Shown piece by piece: positions 12,768 to 24,954 of a stretch of DNA of 64,000 nucleotides. The notes under the pieces are model-generated. The model had not been told where the DNA came from. It searched no databases and saw only the letters and a program-made list of their open reading frames with translations. A program made the translations under genes and the position numbers. Location of the stretch: assembly GCF_006345805.1 (NCBI RefSeq), contig NC_043000.1, forward strand, positions 153,574,001 to 153,638,000. The letters run 5' to 3'. This DNA comes from Octopus sinensis (lineage: Eukaryota). The stretch's first letter is position 1, and every line of letters starts with the position of its first letter.

Positions 12768-13763
12768 TTTGATTTGAAACCAATATTAAATTCAGTTTTA
12801 TGACATTTAAAATCCCTATAAATATAATTTTAATATGAAATTCACATGTTAAGGATCTAACATATTCAGTGCTGATGTTTTATTATGAAAATATCACTTA
12901 CTTAAGAATAATTTATATATCCGAGTCATTAGTCAATATTTGAAACTGAACTACTTTCCCTTTAATAGCATAATCTCGAGATTAAGTGAGGTACTTTACA
13001 AGAAGAAAACTGGCATTTTCGTTAACGAAATGATATCTTGGATTTAAAATGATACACGAAGCCATAATTTTTCGTTGATTGTGATATTGGCAGTGATAAA
13101 TATTTCATTCAGCAGTAAGTCAGTCCGTTAGGTCATCATATCTCATAGGTTCTTGACTGGAAAATGTAATAGGGTCAATAAACGGTAGAGCTTACACATA
13201 ACAATAAATATTTTCGTTTGATGGTGATGATTAGCAGAAAGGACTTCTTAGTACGGAAGCCCTTCATATTCACATCATGCTTAGGAATTATCAGTGAGCT
13301 GTATAGCATTAGATGCTATTAACTTCCTCGTTATAGGTCAGATGCAAATAACTTGAATTGGTTAAAAAAATATCTAAGTATCTAGTTCAAAAAGTAGCTT
13401 TGTTCCCACAACCATAAACATCTCCAAGATAACCTTCAAACTTATTACTTTGAAAGATCAAGTGCTCTGACGATTCTAGCACCAGAGGTATGATATATAT
13501 ATATAAAAAAGAAATAGCTGAAAACTAGGCGCAGCTGGTGTGTTACATTTTACCAATAAGTAATGTAAAACTAGCTCAAATGATAAAGTGCAAACTTGCC
13601 ATGTGAGGCAGCAGTACTTTACAATTCTAACGTAGTATGAGGTCGCAAAATGTCGTAAACAAAGCACAAATTCCTCGAGTTATCTTAGCATGTAGTATTA
13701 TAAAGATAGATCTCACATAATCTAATATTCTGTTTTAATCCCCGATTTATTGCTAACCATTTT

Positions 13764-13941
13764 CGGAAACATTTTTTCACGCTCAGAGTTGCTGAAGCAT
13801 GGAATAAACTGCCTGCGTCAGTTGTTGACTGCCATGACACTGCATCCTTTAAGGCCCTCATGCTTTCCGAAATCCGCCGAAACTACACCTGATTATATAT
13901 ACACTTTAGATGAGTTGTAGTGCACCTGAGCACTGTACACA

Positions 13942-13993
<52 letters not shown>

Positions 13994-14003
13994 TATTATT
14001 ATT
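13764..14003 (+). mobile_element. CR1-type LINE 3' end with (ATT)n tail
   Basis: 13764-13892 translates to RKHFFTLRVAEAWNKLPASVVDCHDTASFKALMLSEIRRNYT*, matching the CR1 C-terminal pattern R..FF..RV...WN.LP..VV......FK; short 3' UTR then (ATT)n. Confidence 0.8.
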
Positions 14004-16189
14004 GCTAGTCATACTAGTGAATATCAGAACTAAATTTAGTGAAGCAAAGACTGTTGGCAAAATATGACTTTAATATATAACAGTATATAAAGAAATGTAT
14101 ATTTTCTCAAAAATCATTTTTCGTACTTTTCTGATTTTCTCTAGAGGAAACTAAATAGTATTATTTTATTAATGCATTATATTTTAAATTCATTCGTTGT
14201 GAGGTATTACAGCTGAAAGGTTTAAATAGGTCGGGATATATTTGTCATAATTTCTTTTGATAATGCTATTAATTTAGATTTTTCTATTTCCCAGTAAACA
14301 AACCATCACCGGGGGAGTAATAAATACATCTGACAATATTTCTAATATTGCAAAATATTTTGACCCGTACAACGTTCATCTAAAAGCTTTTTGAGAATTA
14401 GTTTCAACAAATATTGAAGGGAATTCAATTTAATTGTAAAGTGAAAACAAACACCGAGTAAGTAAATGAGAGCAGTTCATAAAAAAAAAAACTGAGGATA
14501 TAAAGAAGCTAGGCAATTTTTGGTTTAATTAGCAACTATTTATATAAAGCTTTGACCAAGCATATTACAGTACTGAAGTGACCAAGTCACCTTCGAATGC
14601 GCCAAAGCAGATACGCTTATCAAGGAAGTAATTTTTCAACACTGCATCTTGCACACTAAATACAATATTCAACTAACATCCTTAATTTCGATACAGATTG
14701 TAGATAAAAATTTCTCATGGTGACTTAACATATCTAGAATTTGTAGATTGTATCCTTAAGATTAAACCTCCCCTTGAAAGGCAGAAACTACTTCTTCTCA
14801 TATCGGTTGCTGATATAGTACATGCATTTAATGACTCTTTCACTAATGCGCAGAGCTACAACTCAGACGCTTTTTCTGTTTTTGCCGTTGTACTTCGGCT
14901 GCTGATGATGGGAATTTTTAATATACAACGCTCTCAATAAAAAATATTTTTCTGTAACAGTAACAATAAACGTAATCTGCAGATCATTAAGAGTGATACC
15001 AGCTTACACATTTTGGAGAAAGGATTTATCAAGAAACGATATATCACTTTAATTGTCCTCAATATGAAATTCGTACATATGTCATTGCCCCCAAGAGGAC
15101 GAAAGCTAAATTTGATTTCGGCGCCATTTGGAATTGCGACATAAGTTAGCACAGTCAAAAACCATATGTTGTGTTGTCTGGTATGCTACTGATTCCGCGA
15201 ACCGATGATTTAAAAATTTTGATACAGGTCATAAATTTTTAGAGTGAGCCGGGGGAAGGCATTTAATCGATTGAATCGAATAGTTAATTATTATTATATA
15301 TTTTATTACTGTATACAGTACAAAGAGACGAAGCTTCGACTGTAGATGTATTTCAATTGCTTTTCTCCAGGGAAAACTAAATATTATTTTTTTAATGCAT
15401 TTTCTGTTTTTATCGATATTTTCCCGCTCCGAGAACTTTACTTTTCTCTCTTCTTCCAACAGACGTCTCTTCTCTTCTAGTCACTATCAAAGCGCCTCTT
15501 CGCTAACAGCAACGGACTCTCTTAACCTCTCTGCGTCTACGTCTACAGTTTTCTACATTTATTAATCCTCCCTCTACCATTTCTGTTGAAATACCACTTG
15601 TCAACAACTCCTAGGTGTAAAACCATGTAAATTGTAAGGAATTTCCCTGTTTTTCTGTCAACATTCTCAAGATCTTTTGTCTATTTCATTGTTTTGGAAC
15701 TGTATAATGATGTATAAAGGCTCTTGAACTTAGGGTACTGTGGTTTACATACACTATTAGATTTGGATTTTTGTATTCTCATTTGATTTCATATTTCATT
15801 GTTCTATCCTTTATACCGTCAGCTTCCTAGACTCCCTGATATTTGTATTGATCATCTGTATCAAACACTTGTATCTTCACCGATAGATTATTTCCCATCA
15901 CTTTTATGGTATTTCACTGTCTTCATCACTAGGATTCCATACTTGGAAAAACCAATTTTTATTCTTATGTTACTGCTAACCCCTCTCATGCACAACTTTA
16001 GGTCATGCATGAATAGCAGATGATAAACCACCACCTGGCCTTTTATACGTCTATACCCAGATTTTACTTTTTTAACTTCCAGGGAGTGTGAGATAAGAGC
16101 AATGACAAAGTGTAGATGTGATAGACAATCCCATTTGAAGATAACTTGATCTTATTTGTATTTTCCAAGTGGATCGGCTATTAGTTTCT

Positions 16190-17288
16190 CTCCAAGCAGT
16201 TAATACGAGGGTGATAGCATCGCTTCGGCATGGAGCGGGGATTATAAAATGGCAAAAGTGAAAAGTGATGGAAATGGATACCAAGACCACGAAACTGTTG
16301 ACAGTACACGGAGCTTTCCTCCCTAAGAGTGACACCGATAGGCTGTACACGTCCAAAAGAAAGGGTGAGAGAGGTTTGCTCAATAGCCAAGACTGTATCG
16401 AAGCAGAGGGAAACGGCTTAGGGTAGTATATGAAAACTGCCGTGGAAATATACAAAGAAGGCCGGTGTCATCAAAGCTGAAAATTGTGTGATAAAAGAAA
16501 AATTTAAACAAGAAACAAACACCAAAAGTGTAAAAGCATGGAAGGAAAAGAAAATGTGCGGTCAGTTTGCAAGAAATGTGAACGCAAAGGCATATACAGA
16601 GGGTCAGTGGCTAAAGATATGGAGGAATGACCTGATGATAGAGACAGAAGCACTCATATAGGCAGCTCATGAACCAGCGTTAAGGACCAACTATGTTAAA
16701 TGCAGAATAGTCAACATTATCGACAGCGAAGAATTCAGAGTGCGTGGGGAGAGGAGTGAAACGGCATGGCACATCGCGAGCGAGTGCACGAAATTAGCAC
16801 AACGCGAATACCAAAGACGCCATGACAATGTGGCAACAACGGCCCATTGGGAGCTCTGTAGAAATCACAGCATACAAAGAGAAAAAAATGTGGCATGAGC
16901 TGACCCCGGTGGGAGTCACAGGGAATGAGAATTCCAAATCCTATGGGATGCAATGACCTAGTGCGACCACCTGACCAAACATCGGAAACCGGACATTGTT
17001 GAGGTGAATAAAAAAGAAAGAACATAGCATGCCCCGTTGACAACAGGATTAATGCAAAAGAAGAAGAAAAAATAAACAACTATGACGATTTGAAGTGGGA
17101 AATACGAAGGTTGTGGTTAATGAGGAGATTAGACGTGATATCAATAGTAATTAGTGCACTTGAAAGTATCAGCACTCAACTACCAACATGGCTAAAAAAA
17201 GATTCGTGCAAGTGAAAAGATAGAACACCTACAAAAATCAGCATTGCTTGGAACTGCAAGACTTCTTCGCATGGTTCTTAAAGCATGA
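16190..17288 (+). mobile_element. R4/Dong-like (R2 superfamily) LINE, decayed 3' fragment
   Basis: Frame-broken translation: LQAVNTRVIASLRHGAGIIKW, DRLYTSKRKGERGL, ETEALI..EPALRTNY, ETAWHIASECTKLAQREYQRRHDNVA, KPDIV, KEEEKINNYDDLKWEIRRLW (RT thumb, CCHC-like region, PD-D/E endonuclease). Confidence 0.85.
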
Positions 17289-17299
17289 CCAGTAAACAA

Positions 17300-17426
17300 G
17301 TACTTAATTCATCGACTCAAAAATGAAGTCGACTGTGACAGAATTTGAACTCAGAACGTTGAGACGGTCGAAATGCCGCTAAGCATTTTGCCTGCCGTGC
17401 TAACGATTCTGCCAGCTTGCTACCTT
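17300..17426 (-). mobile_element. SINE family B, 5' part, followed by (AAT)n
   Basis: gaatttgaactcagaacg...gctaagcattttgcctgccgtgctaacgattctgccagc. Confidence 0.8.
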
Positions 17427-17438
17427 AATAATAATAAT

Positions 17439-17474
<36 letters not shown>

Positions 17475-17930
17475 TATAATAACAACAGCAACAACAACAA
17501 TAATGATGAGGATAATGACAATATTTCCATTATTGAGATTAATAATATTGCCATTATTAAGATTATCTTTAAATACGCTGCCATCAGTTATTCGTATTTA
17601 CAATTTTAGCTAAGATCAAATAATTAACCTCATATACATTTCTCATGCACAACGGAAACTGTTAATGAGGAAACATTCGGCAAAACATACGATCCGTGAA
17701 GAATACAAGGCTTATTTCTTTAAAATCCATCGTGTTACTGATGTAATATGTTGAATTTAAATATTTATATATTTATTTCCTTCTTTTTACCCTTGAAATA
17801 TATTTTCATAAAGCTTGAAGAATTTGAATCGCAGTACCACACCTTCAAATACAATAAATTAATAATTATGTGTGTGTGTGTGTGTACTTACATACACACG
17901 CACACACACTTGTATGTATTTGTATATGTA

Positions 17931-17997
<67 letters not shown>

Positions 17998-18545
17998 ACT
18001 GTAAATTCCGATGGAATTTATAATTTAGTGAGGTTTTTGAAATTTATTAAAAACAATTTCACTTCCGTTATTCGAGTTTGCCCGGGGCTATACCAGCGTA
18101 TATATTGAAAGAAAATTCTCACGTTGAGAAACTAGCAAGGAATGTCTGGTTCTGATTACAAAAAACACATACATACAAGAAGCACAAACAGAAAACCAAA
18201 TAAAACAAATTTTCAGACATTCGGAAGTAGATACAAATGCGTATAATTATTATTTTGCTTACTCATATAAATATGCACGAACACATACAAACACAGGCAT
18301 ACACACATACATCAACTCATACGTATACATGCTTGAATGCAATTAAACCTGTGATCTTTGTGTGAGTGTGTGTATGTGAAAGAGAGAAGGAGAGAGAGAG
18401 AAGGAGAGAGAAAGTCAGGAGGAGAAGGAAGAGGAGAAAATATTCCAGATCTTTACTCAAACGTAGACACAGGCAGCTTCAAACTGAGTGGTCTAGCATT
18501 TTCTACATATTTTAAAGCGCTTGCACACACACACTCATACATACA

Positions 18546-18585
<40 letters not shown>

Positions 18586-18779
18586 CGTAAAGACTAAACG
18601 TGCTTATACTGTCTCCTTCATAAGCTCGTCTTCTTAGCGTTCATAATAATTTTTCTATCGTCTTGGCTCAACAGCCCTCACCGTTTGTTTTTACTGTTCT
18701 CACTGTCCTGTTGTTACCACTTTCACCCTCCGCAAAAAATCCCAAATGTTTATTTAATTTGCTTTGCGGGAAGAACTGT

Positions 18780-18895
18780 TTCAACGAAGTCGCGTCTTGT
18801 CCTTGCCTTCTTAAACACGAGTAGTTGAAACAGGGACAACTGAAGAAGGGGAATATTCTTTATGTTGTATGTCTCGTTTCTCTGTTTGTAACCTA
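18780..18895 (+). repeat. Dispersed repeat (homologue at 27652-27812) with partial hammerhead geometry
   Basis: Both copies share cttgccttc..aaacacg...gaca(a/g)ctga(a/t)gaagggga. Confidence 0.5.
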
Positions 18896-19789
18896 AGGTT
18901 GTTAGGTTCACCTACACCTAAATGTATTACGTCAACAAAAACAAAATATATAAGATCAACGTCGAATACACTTTGATAATTTGTCTTGTGCAGTCAGAGC
19001 TCAACTGACCTTGCGTCAGAATGACAAGAACCTAATGTATACATACACATACGCGCATACCTCGTGTTTTCTGAGTTCTAACTAAAGCAGCAAAGCAATT
19101 TGATCTGATGTATTTTCTCTTTTATTAAATGTCTTCTATTTTATAAATTAAGGTAATTGTTTATAGAAATTCGTTTTGTTACAAATACTTTAATTTGTAT
19201 ATATATATTCTCTTTTCAGACTCATTCAGTTGCCAGTGTTCCAGAAGAAATTGATCGCATGTCACGGAACAGTTTCTCTCCTCTTTCCACTCATCTGATT
19301 TTATGATGACTTCAGAGTAAAAGGACAATATAAAACCACCCCACCAAAAAGCAAACACAGCTATGAGTTATAGAGAAAACAATATATAAATAAAAAGACC
19401 TGCAAAAAAACAGATCTTTTTTATATATATACATTCATACAAGACTCGAGGTTGCAGTGGAAAATCGACGTAGAGAGTGTTTGAAAGAGGGGGAAAACAA
19501 ATGGGAACACGATGCATGATGGTAAAGAAGAAAATCAATAAAAAGATTAAAAGCGAAAAAAAAAATGGAGAAAATGAGCTGAAAAATAAAGGATAATATT
19601 TATCCAGAAAATCGAAAATGGGTGAAGAAAAACGTGACAAAAAAAAAACGAAATAAAATGAAGCAAGGAGACATCGACTTGGAAGTCGTGGGTGTGTGTG
19701 TGTGTATATATATATATGTATGTATGTATATATATAAAATACAAAATGGGACAATATGTATATATACACATACGCACACACACATACAT

Positions 19790-20090
19790 AGGCGTAGTAC
19801 GGCCGAACGGCTACATAGTTCGCTTCGCAACAACGAGGTCCCGAGTCCGATTCTACAGTGTGGCATCTTGGGCAAATGTCATTTTCTATAGCCCTAGGCC
19901 GACCCATACCTTGTGAGTGAAATTGGGTAGGCGGAAAATGTATAGAAGCCCGTCGAGTGGATTGTACCGACAATTCACAAGGCACAGCCTTGTCACACTG
20001 CTTTATGCAGATTCCGCCTGCAAATTGCATTAAGGGTACACGTGTCTGTGGAATGGTCAGCCACTTACTCGTTAAATCAGGAGCAGGTAA
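19790..20090 (+). mobile_element. Old or chimeric SINE: family A-like head with family D-like 3' part
   Basis: gtggcatcttgggcaaatgtc...gaagcccgtcg (A-like), then ccttgtcacact...gggtacacgtgtctgtggaat..cagccactt (as in 62954-63275). Confidence 0.55.
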
Positions 20091-20307
20091 TTCAGTTTAT
20101 CATATAATTGAATACTCATCGTTCATCGACGGAGGTCCACCATATATATATATATATAAAGACAATGAAAATGCAGGACGCATGGAATATGTATTAAAAA
20201 CTGCAAGAGAGAATGAAGATAAACACATATATATATATATATATTATATATATATATATATATATAAGCGTGAGAGAGAAATTGAGTTAGTAAGAAAGAA
20301 AGCGTGG

Positions 20308-20373
20308 ATACGAATGCCTGTGAGATAATTTGATCGAAACACATCCAGTCGACATCTCCGACTTGATTCGTAT
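20308..20373 (+). ncRNA. Degenerate type I hammerhead relic
   Basis: ATGC-CTGTGA-GAT(AATTTG)ATC-GAA-AC(ACATCCA)GT-C-GACAT: two single-nt deletions away from a canonical motif; alternative distal pairing ATACGAAT/ATTCGTAT. Confidence 0.35.
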
Positions 20374-20837
20374 TTATAATGTAGTATATTCTGGTTGATA
20401 TCTTCCTAGAACTGTACAGATTTTCTTCACCGCTATATTACGAATTTTTATTGAAAGATGATCATATGTATAAATATTACGCAAGACTGAATTAGAAAGA
20501 CTGTGAATCAGAAAATTTATAACAAAATGGATAACATATGAATCTCTTTGATGTGAAATGACATTAGCACAAAGGAGCGGTAGAGGAAAATGTTTTAGTA
20601 TAAATAAATAAAATAAATAAATAAAATAAAACAAAATACAAAACAGAAAATTTACAAAAAGAAGGAAAGCAAAAAAAAGCAGAAATGAATATAATAGAAA
20701 AAATGAGTCGAGAACTATTTGTTATGCACCCTTTTATTGATATTCATATAGACATATATGCGGATAAATGTATAAAAATACAAACATACACATATAGACA
20801 CATGCATAAGATATGTGTACTAGCGAACACACACACA

Positions 20838-20887
<50 letters not shown>

Positions 20888-20995
20888 ACACGCAAACGTG
20901 CTCATATGAATGTATACACACCACCAATTTTATATATATATAATAGAATATAAATACTATATCTGTGTGTATATATATATAGGATATATATATAC

Positions 20996-21041
<46 letters not shown>

Positions 21042-21089
21042 GGGATATATATATATATATATATATATATAGGATATAAATACCATATG

Positions 21090-21143
<54 letters not shown>

Positions 21144-21382
21144 ACATATGCATATAGATACATATAACTGTGTGAATATTACTTGAATGTCTGTACGTAT
21201 GTGTGGGTGTGTAGAAATATACATTAGTCAATTAACTTTTATCACACATGAATACAAACATATACATATACGGTTATATATGTTCAAAATATACATTGCA
21301 AATATTATATATATTCGTGTATGCATGAGCATATGCTGGTTGCAGGTCTTCCTATACGAATTTTTTTTTTAACATACACATG

Positions 21383-21429
<47 letters not shown>

Positions 21430-21608
21430 TATATATATATGCGTGTGTGTGAGTGTAGGTGTGTGTGTGTACGTAATGGTATGTGTATTTTTGTACGTAT
21501 TTATGTCTGTACGATTGTCATATATTTTATATCTGTTTTCAATAAAAAAATTAAAACGTCTGAATATGTTTGTCTTAATATTGTGTATAGTTTATATTGT
21601 AAATAATT

Positions 21609-22580
21609 TACGAGCGTGTGACCAAGAGAAACCAAAATTTTGCAATATTTTATTCTTTTATTCACTCGGTTTTACATGTTAACACTTTTATCACCTTCAA
21701 CGTATTTTCCATTTGAAGCAATACATCGGTCCAGACGCGTTTTCCACCCTTCGAACCATTGCTGGATCTCTTGCGAGGTGATGCCTTTTAACGCCTCCGT
21801 CTTTTTTTTTTTTTCCCCCTTTTTTTACACCTCTTCCACATCTGCAAATTTTCTACCACCAGCTTTTAAAATCTGTGATGAGCTTCGAAAAAAGGTCCTG
21901 ATCAAAGTTTAGATCAAAGTCCAGATCAAGTCGCTTTTAGCAGCAGAGGGCTGAACTACAACAGGTTTCTTCCACAGAGTACCTTTCCGGTATCTCCTTC
22001 TATGTAAATACAGTCACACTCAAACAAACCTACGCATTCAGTCGTGACTGCTTTAGCTGCAAATCTTTTCATTTACAATTCCTCGCTCAAAATTCGTTGG
22101 CAGGAGCTCCAGGACACAGCAGTCATGTCAACAAGTTCGTCAATTGTTCGGTGATGGTCCTCCAAAATCAGTTCATGAGTTTTCATGATGTTTTCATTCG
22201 TTCGGGAGGTTGAAGTTTGCCCTGAACGCGTTTGGCCTTCAAGCAACAAGTGACCATCGCTAAAGCGTGAAAAACACTTGTAAATTTGTCTTGCTCATGC
22301 CAGCGCCCTTGCAAGCTGTCTGAAGCATGACAACTGTTTCGGCCGAGCTTTTCTCCAACAAGAAACATAATTTCACGGAAGCACGTTGTTCCTTCGTTTC
22401 GGGCATCGCAAAATTCGAGGAACAAGGAAGAAGTAATACAGAACAAAGACGCATCACGTAGTAGTACGCCTCCATTCGACAACAACGACGGCAGATTGGT
22501 GCCTGAGGATCGCATCAAGTCGCTTTTAGCAGCTGTGGGCTGAACTACAATAGGCTTCTCCCACAGAGAACCTTTCCGGT
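21609..22580 (-). mobile_element. Mariner relic (irritans-like N-terminus), internally deleted and rearranged
   Basis: KEQRASVKLCFLLEKSSAETVVMLQTACK helix-turn-helix region; terminus tacgagcgtgtgaccaagagaaacc; same family as 27974 and 53626. Confidence 0.85.
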
Positions 22581-22626
22581 ATCTCCTTCTATGTAAATGC
22601 AGTCACACTCACACAAACCTACATAA

Positions 22627-22828
22627 GCGCAGGAGTGGGTGTGTGGTATGAAGCATGCTTCCTAAGCATATGGTTCTGGCCCCAGTCCCACCGCGTGGCA
22701 CCTTGAGCAGCTGTCTTCTACTATATCCTGGGGCCGATTAAAAACTTTTGAATGGATGTGATAGGCAGAAACTGAAAGAAGCCCGTCATATATATATATA
22801 TATATATTGAGATATACATATATATATA

Positions 22829-22874
<46 letters not shown>

Positions 22875-23142
22875 TATATTATATATATATATATTTGTAT
22901 ATATATATTTGTGTGTGTGTGTATGTATATTTGTATGTATGTATGTATGTATTTGTGTGCTTGTGTTTGTTCCCCAACATTGCTTGACAAACGATGTTGG
23001 TGTGTTTACGTCCCGTAACTTAGCGCTTCGGCAAAAGGTAGCGCTAGAATGAGTCTACGGGTCGATTTGTAAGACTAAAGTAATTGCTCCAGCATGGCCG
23101 CAGTCAAATGACTGAAAGAAGTAAAAGAATAAAAGAATAAAA

Positions 23143-23143
<1 letters not shown>
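22627..23143 (+). mobile_element. SINE family A, diverged full length
   Basis: gcgcaggagtgggtgtgtgg...ccagcatggccgcagtcaaatgactgaaag. Confidence 0.85.
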
Positions 23144-23181
<38 letters not shown>

Positions 23182-23188
<7 letters not shown>

Positions 23189-23429
23189 AAGGGCAAAAGA
23201 AAAAATTATTTCCATGCCAATATGCTGACAACAAACTTTAAATCGTCAATTTCCACATATCATTATACACTCACTATAAATACACGTTGCGCTAAAATCA
23301 GCTAGCTTCCCCGATTTCAGCGCAACGTGTATTTATAGTGAGTGTATAATGATATGTGGAAATTGACTATTTAAAGTTTGTTGTCAGCATATTGGCATGG
23401 AAATAATTTTTCTTTTGCCCTTGTTTATA
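23182..23429. repeat. Near-perfect inverted repeat: 118/117-bp arms, 13-nt loop
   Basis: 23182-23299 vs 23313-23429: 2 mismatches and 1 indel; the loop contains the palindrome AGCTAGCT. Confidence 0.95.
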
Positions 23430-23647
23430 AGTTATTTATAATTTTAACCTTTCAAGGTATTTTAATATGCTGCCACTTTTTGATGAAATTTTTCTCTGAA
23501 AAAAATTATATATATATATATATATTAGTAAATATAAAAAACAACTTCCAGGGACCAGAGTGGTTTATTGAAACGGAATGTTACGGATTTTTTCGTATCG
23601 GATTATAATAAACCGAAAAAAATTTTTTTTATATCTCACAGTAGATG

Positions 23648-23840
23648 ACCAGGGTTGCTGGGTCTGCGAATAAGAATATAAGTGTTAAGAAACGGAGTAG
23701 ATAAGATCCGGGCTACATATGTTTCATAGCGAGCGGAGTCTCAGAAGTGATAAATATCCAAGTATACTGTAGGCTGCTTTTCAGGCCAAGGATATCATGA
23801 TTGAATGAAAGTTTACATTGTCGCAAGGAGGTACATGTTA
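23648..23840. mobile_element. Truncated copy of the long-TIR MITE-like element at 45800-46081, opposite orientation
   Basis: Arm matches the 45800-45913 arm; the middle is the reverse complement of 45926-46004. Confidence 0.75.
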
Positions 23841-24335
23841 TGTCGGTAAGGATTTAATTGGTATGATTTGAACTAGGATAGCTAACTTCAGATAAGCATT
23901 GGAATGGAATCAAAATTTTTTTTAATTCTATAATAGAATGGTCTGAACTGAAGTAATGCAGAACAAAGACGCATCACGTAGTAGCGTATTTTTAAATATC
24001 AAATATTTATATGTTCATATACTTGTATATTTTAATACTGTATTATCTGGAACTTTATATTGATTTATTAATGTCCATTGAAAGTACACACATATATATT
24101 GAATATTCTATTGGATAATAGACCATGTTTCCCTAGTTTTCCGCTGATATTGCCTCCATTGAAATCATAAATTGGAACTTTGCTCAATTAGAGCCCTTTA
24201 ATTCTAGCCTGTTTCTGAGCATTGTTAAAGTTAAAAAGCTCTACATAAAATTGTGTAATTTATACTTAGCTCATTGGAGCACATCAATAGGGACTAAACT
24301 AAATGGAGAAACAATATTTGGGCATTTCTATCTAG

Positions 24336-24635
24336 AATATACCTATTCCACCCAAGAACTTATATATGGAAGCTCTTCTACATAAAACGAGCGAATTTAT
24401 TTCCAGACTTAGATGGCGTTGCCGTTTACCTTGATAAGACAAGAAACTCGAAGTCAAAGAATGAATCTGGAAAAATAACCACACCAAATCAATTTGAAGG
24501 ATCTTATCCAACAAGAATAATCCTACGAAATCAGTTATTTGGGCTGTGTGCATTATATCTCTAAATTTATATACACATATTGAATAATTAAAATACATCT
24601 TATTCGCAATATCCACTAGAATCTACAAAGAGGCA
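24336..24635 (+). pseudogene. Decayed Penelope-like element ORF N-terminal fragment
   Basis: In-frame NIPIPPKNLYMEALLHKTSEFISRLRWR matches the NIPIP...Y...L..K...FI.R.RW motif I recall from GIY-YIG PLE ORFs; later ISTRIYKEA; many stops. Confidence 0.5.
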
Positions 24636-24784
24636 CTGCAAGCCATGCGAAGCAATGGAATACAACATCATGAAATATTTCGTTCTGTATTAGTGTTCAT
24701 TCACACTCAATTACTGCCTATGGTTTGTCGATTGTATGGTTTCTGTACCAAGACTTTTATCTATACCGTATCCCCCTTAAAAAT

Positions 24785-24910
24785 ACATTATTTACATTAT
24801 TTACATTTAAGGGATATTTGTTCTCATCTTGTTTGTTGTTAACACAACGTTTCGGCTGATATACCCTCCAGCCTTCATCAGATGTCTTCGGCAAATTTCG
24901 AACCTGGGTT
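24785..24910 (-). mobile_element. Probable Penelope-like terminal repeat carrying a hammerhead
   Basis: Contains the 24841-24886 hammerhead; lies about 150 bp from the PLE ORF relic. Confidence 0.55.
24841..24886 (-). ncRNA. Type I hammerhead ribozyme, palindromic minimal stem III, extra A after A9
   Basis: Minus strand GACAT-CTGATGA-A-GGCTG(GAGGGTATAT)CAGCC-GAA-ACGT-T-GTGTT: 5-bp stem I (2 G:U), 5-bp stem II, GUU triplet. Confidence 0.65.
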
Positions 24911-24954
24911 CTCATTGCTTTGAATACATAGAGTTTGATTTCCCCGATATTAAG

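Noticed and set aside
19220-19306. Possible terminal exon after ttctcttttcag (THSVASVPEEIDRMSRNSFSPLSTHLIL*)
   Set aside because: An acceptor-like site followed by about 28 open codons is expected by chance in 64 kb; no recognisable homology or partner exon. RNA-seq could rescue it
23648-23840. Apparent flip-flop inversion of the MITE middle relative to 45800-46081
   Set aside because: Symmetric long TIRs plus opposite insertion orientation and a deletion in one arm explain it without an invertible segment
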